32,000 bases of DNA from Candidatus Nanoarchaeia archaeon (GTDB lineage Archaea > Nanobdellota > Nanobdellia > Woesearchaeales > JANQNC01). The notes beneath the pieces are model-generated. The model searched no databases, was not told the origin of the DNA, and saw nothing but the letters and a program-made list of their open reading frames with translations. The DNA lies in contig JANQNC010000001.1 of assembly GCA_028279745.1 (NCBI GenBank), positions 300,001 to 332,000 of the forward strand. The letters are read 5' to 3'. This document shows positions 31,288 to 32,000 of the stretch, piece after piece. Position 1 is the first letter of the stretch. Each line of letters starts with the position of its first letter. The position numbers and the translations under genes were made by a program.

Positions 31288-32000
31288 TTTTTAGCTTCCT
31301 TCTTCATTTCATTAATTTTAGTTACAAAGTCTATCTTTGTAGGACAGTGTCTTATGCATCTGCCACATCCAGTGCATAAAGTTTTTCCAAACTTATCTTT
31401 AAAGTATTGGAGTTGGTGATAAATTCTATGTTTGAACCTGTCAATCTGAGCTTTTCTGAAAATATGATCTCCTGCAACCCTGCTGAAACATTCAAGCTGG
31501 CATTCTGAAAGGAATCTTTTCTTCTCCACAGAACCGTCTTGTTTAGGAACATCTCTAAACTCAAAACAGAAACAGGTAGGACATAAAGCATTACATTGAC
31601 CACATGCAAGGCAGTCTTTAACTAAAGCACTCCAACCTCTGTTGTTGGTGTAAATATCGTCTATGTCATGAGAATCTAACTTAAGCTGATTATCTATTTC
31701 CTTATCTTCTTTGGTCATCTTGTAATCAGACTCTTCAAACAAGTCTTGATTATCTTTTATTATGGTTTTACCTTTATCAGAACCTACTTCAACCAAATAG
31801 TGATCTGCTCTCTTGTAAAAGAAAAGATCATATTCAACTTCTAAGTCAACCGATTGGCAGAAACAATATTCATCACCACATTGTTTCTGATGATATCCAA
31901 AAAGAGTTACTTTTTTTCTTCTTTCGTTATAATAAGGATCTGCATATTTGTTGTTCATGGCGATATCATGCTTCTTGATTGATGCCAAGTCACACATTCT
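31284..32000 (-). CDS. hydB: Sulfhydrogenase beta subunit (4Fe-4S protein), N-terminus beyond the window
   Basis: Ferredoxin-type motifs CLACGQCNALCP and CTGCGRCIRHCP. The frame is still open at position 32000 and typical HydB proteins are longer, so the gene is probably truncated by the window edge. Confidence 0.85.
   Translation of the reverse strand, partial: RMCDLASIKKHDIAMNNKYADPYYNERRKKVTLFGYHQKQCGDEYCFCQSVDLEVEYDLFFYKRADHYLVEVGSDKGKTIIKDNQDLFEESDYKMTKEDKEIDNQLKLDSHDIDDIYTNNRGWSALVKDCLACGQCNALCPTCFCFEFRDVPKQDGSVEKKRFLSECQLECFSRVAGDHIFRKAQIDRFKHRIYHQLQYFKDKFGKTLCTGCGRCIRHCPTKIDFVTKINEMKKEAKK

Noticed and set aside
1-32000. Scan for CRISPR arrays, IS elements or integrases, rRNA/tRNA genes, inteins, and in-frame TGA/TAG recoding
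   Set aside because: I saw none. All long ORFs read through with the standard code. The longest non-coding gap is about 210 nt. Apart from the toxin-antitoxin pair, no mobile-element signature is present.

Overview
AT-rich, tightly packed archaeal chromosomal segment. I count about 42 protein-coding genes, many with overlapping stop and start codons. I saw no rRNA, tRNA, CRISPR array, transposase or integrase. Archaeal origin is supported by a PriS-type primase, Elp3, Dph2, a geranylgeranyl reductase, TATA-like promoters and recurring GAGGTGA-N5-start ribosome sites. An anaerobic, small-genome (DPANN-like) host is my inference only. Content from left to right: (1) an edge-truncated flippase-like membrane protein that the ORF track misses; (2) two divergently transcribed 2-oxoacid:ferredoxin oxidoreductases, one two-subunit and one three-subunit; (3) translation-apparatus modification genes (TtuA/NcsA-type tRNA thiolase, Elp3, a split Dph2) interspersed with a mini-MGMT, PriS, an extremely acidic Cys-tailed protein and a geranylgeranyl reductase; (4) an Lrp-like regulator, a membrane hydrolase and a PaaK-like ligase; (5) a wHTH-Nudix regulator facing a Nudix hydrolase; (6) a cation/proton antiporter and endonuclease III; (7) a U32 / radical SAM / TyrA-PheA-fusion operon; (8) an AbrB/RelE toxin-antitoxin pair; (9) an operon of a DUF5320-like peptide, DUF134, a hydrogenase protease, EamA and a HypC-like-domain protein; (10) DAHP synthase; (11) a hydBGDA-hypA-SDR-hypC group 3b [NiFe]-hydrogenase operon that runs off the right edge. 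Best candidates for undescribed biology: (i) the U32 / radical-SAM / prephenate-enzyme operon; (ii) the inverted-architecture NrtR-like wHTH + dead-Nudix regulator with twin palindromic operators; (iii) the DUF134-headed hydrogenase-maturation accessory operon, with its SD-mimic/anti-SD/SD leader and a HypC-like fusion protein; (iv) the split Dph2. All family calls are motif recognition by eye; no searches were run.
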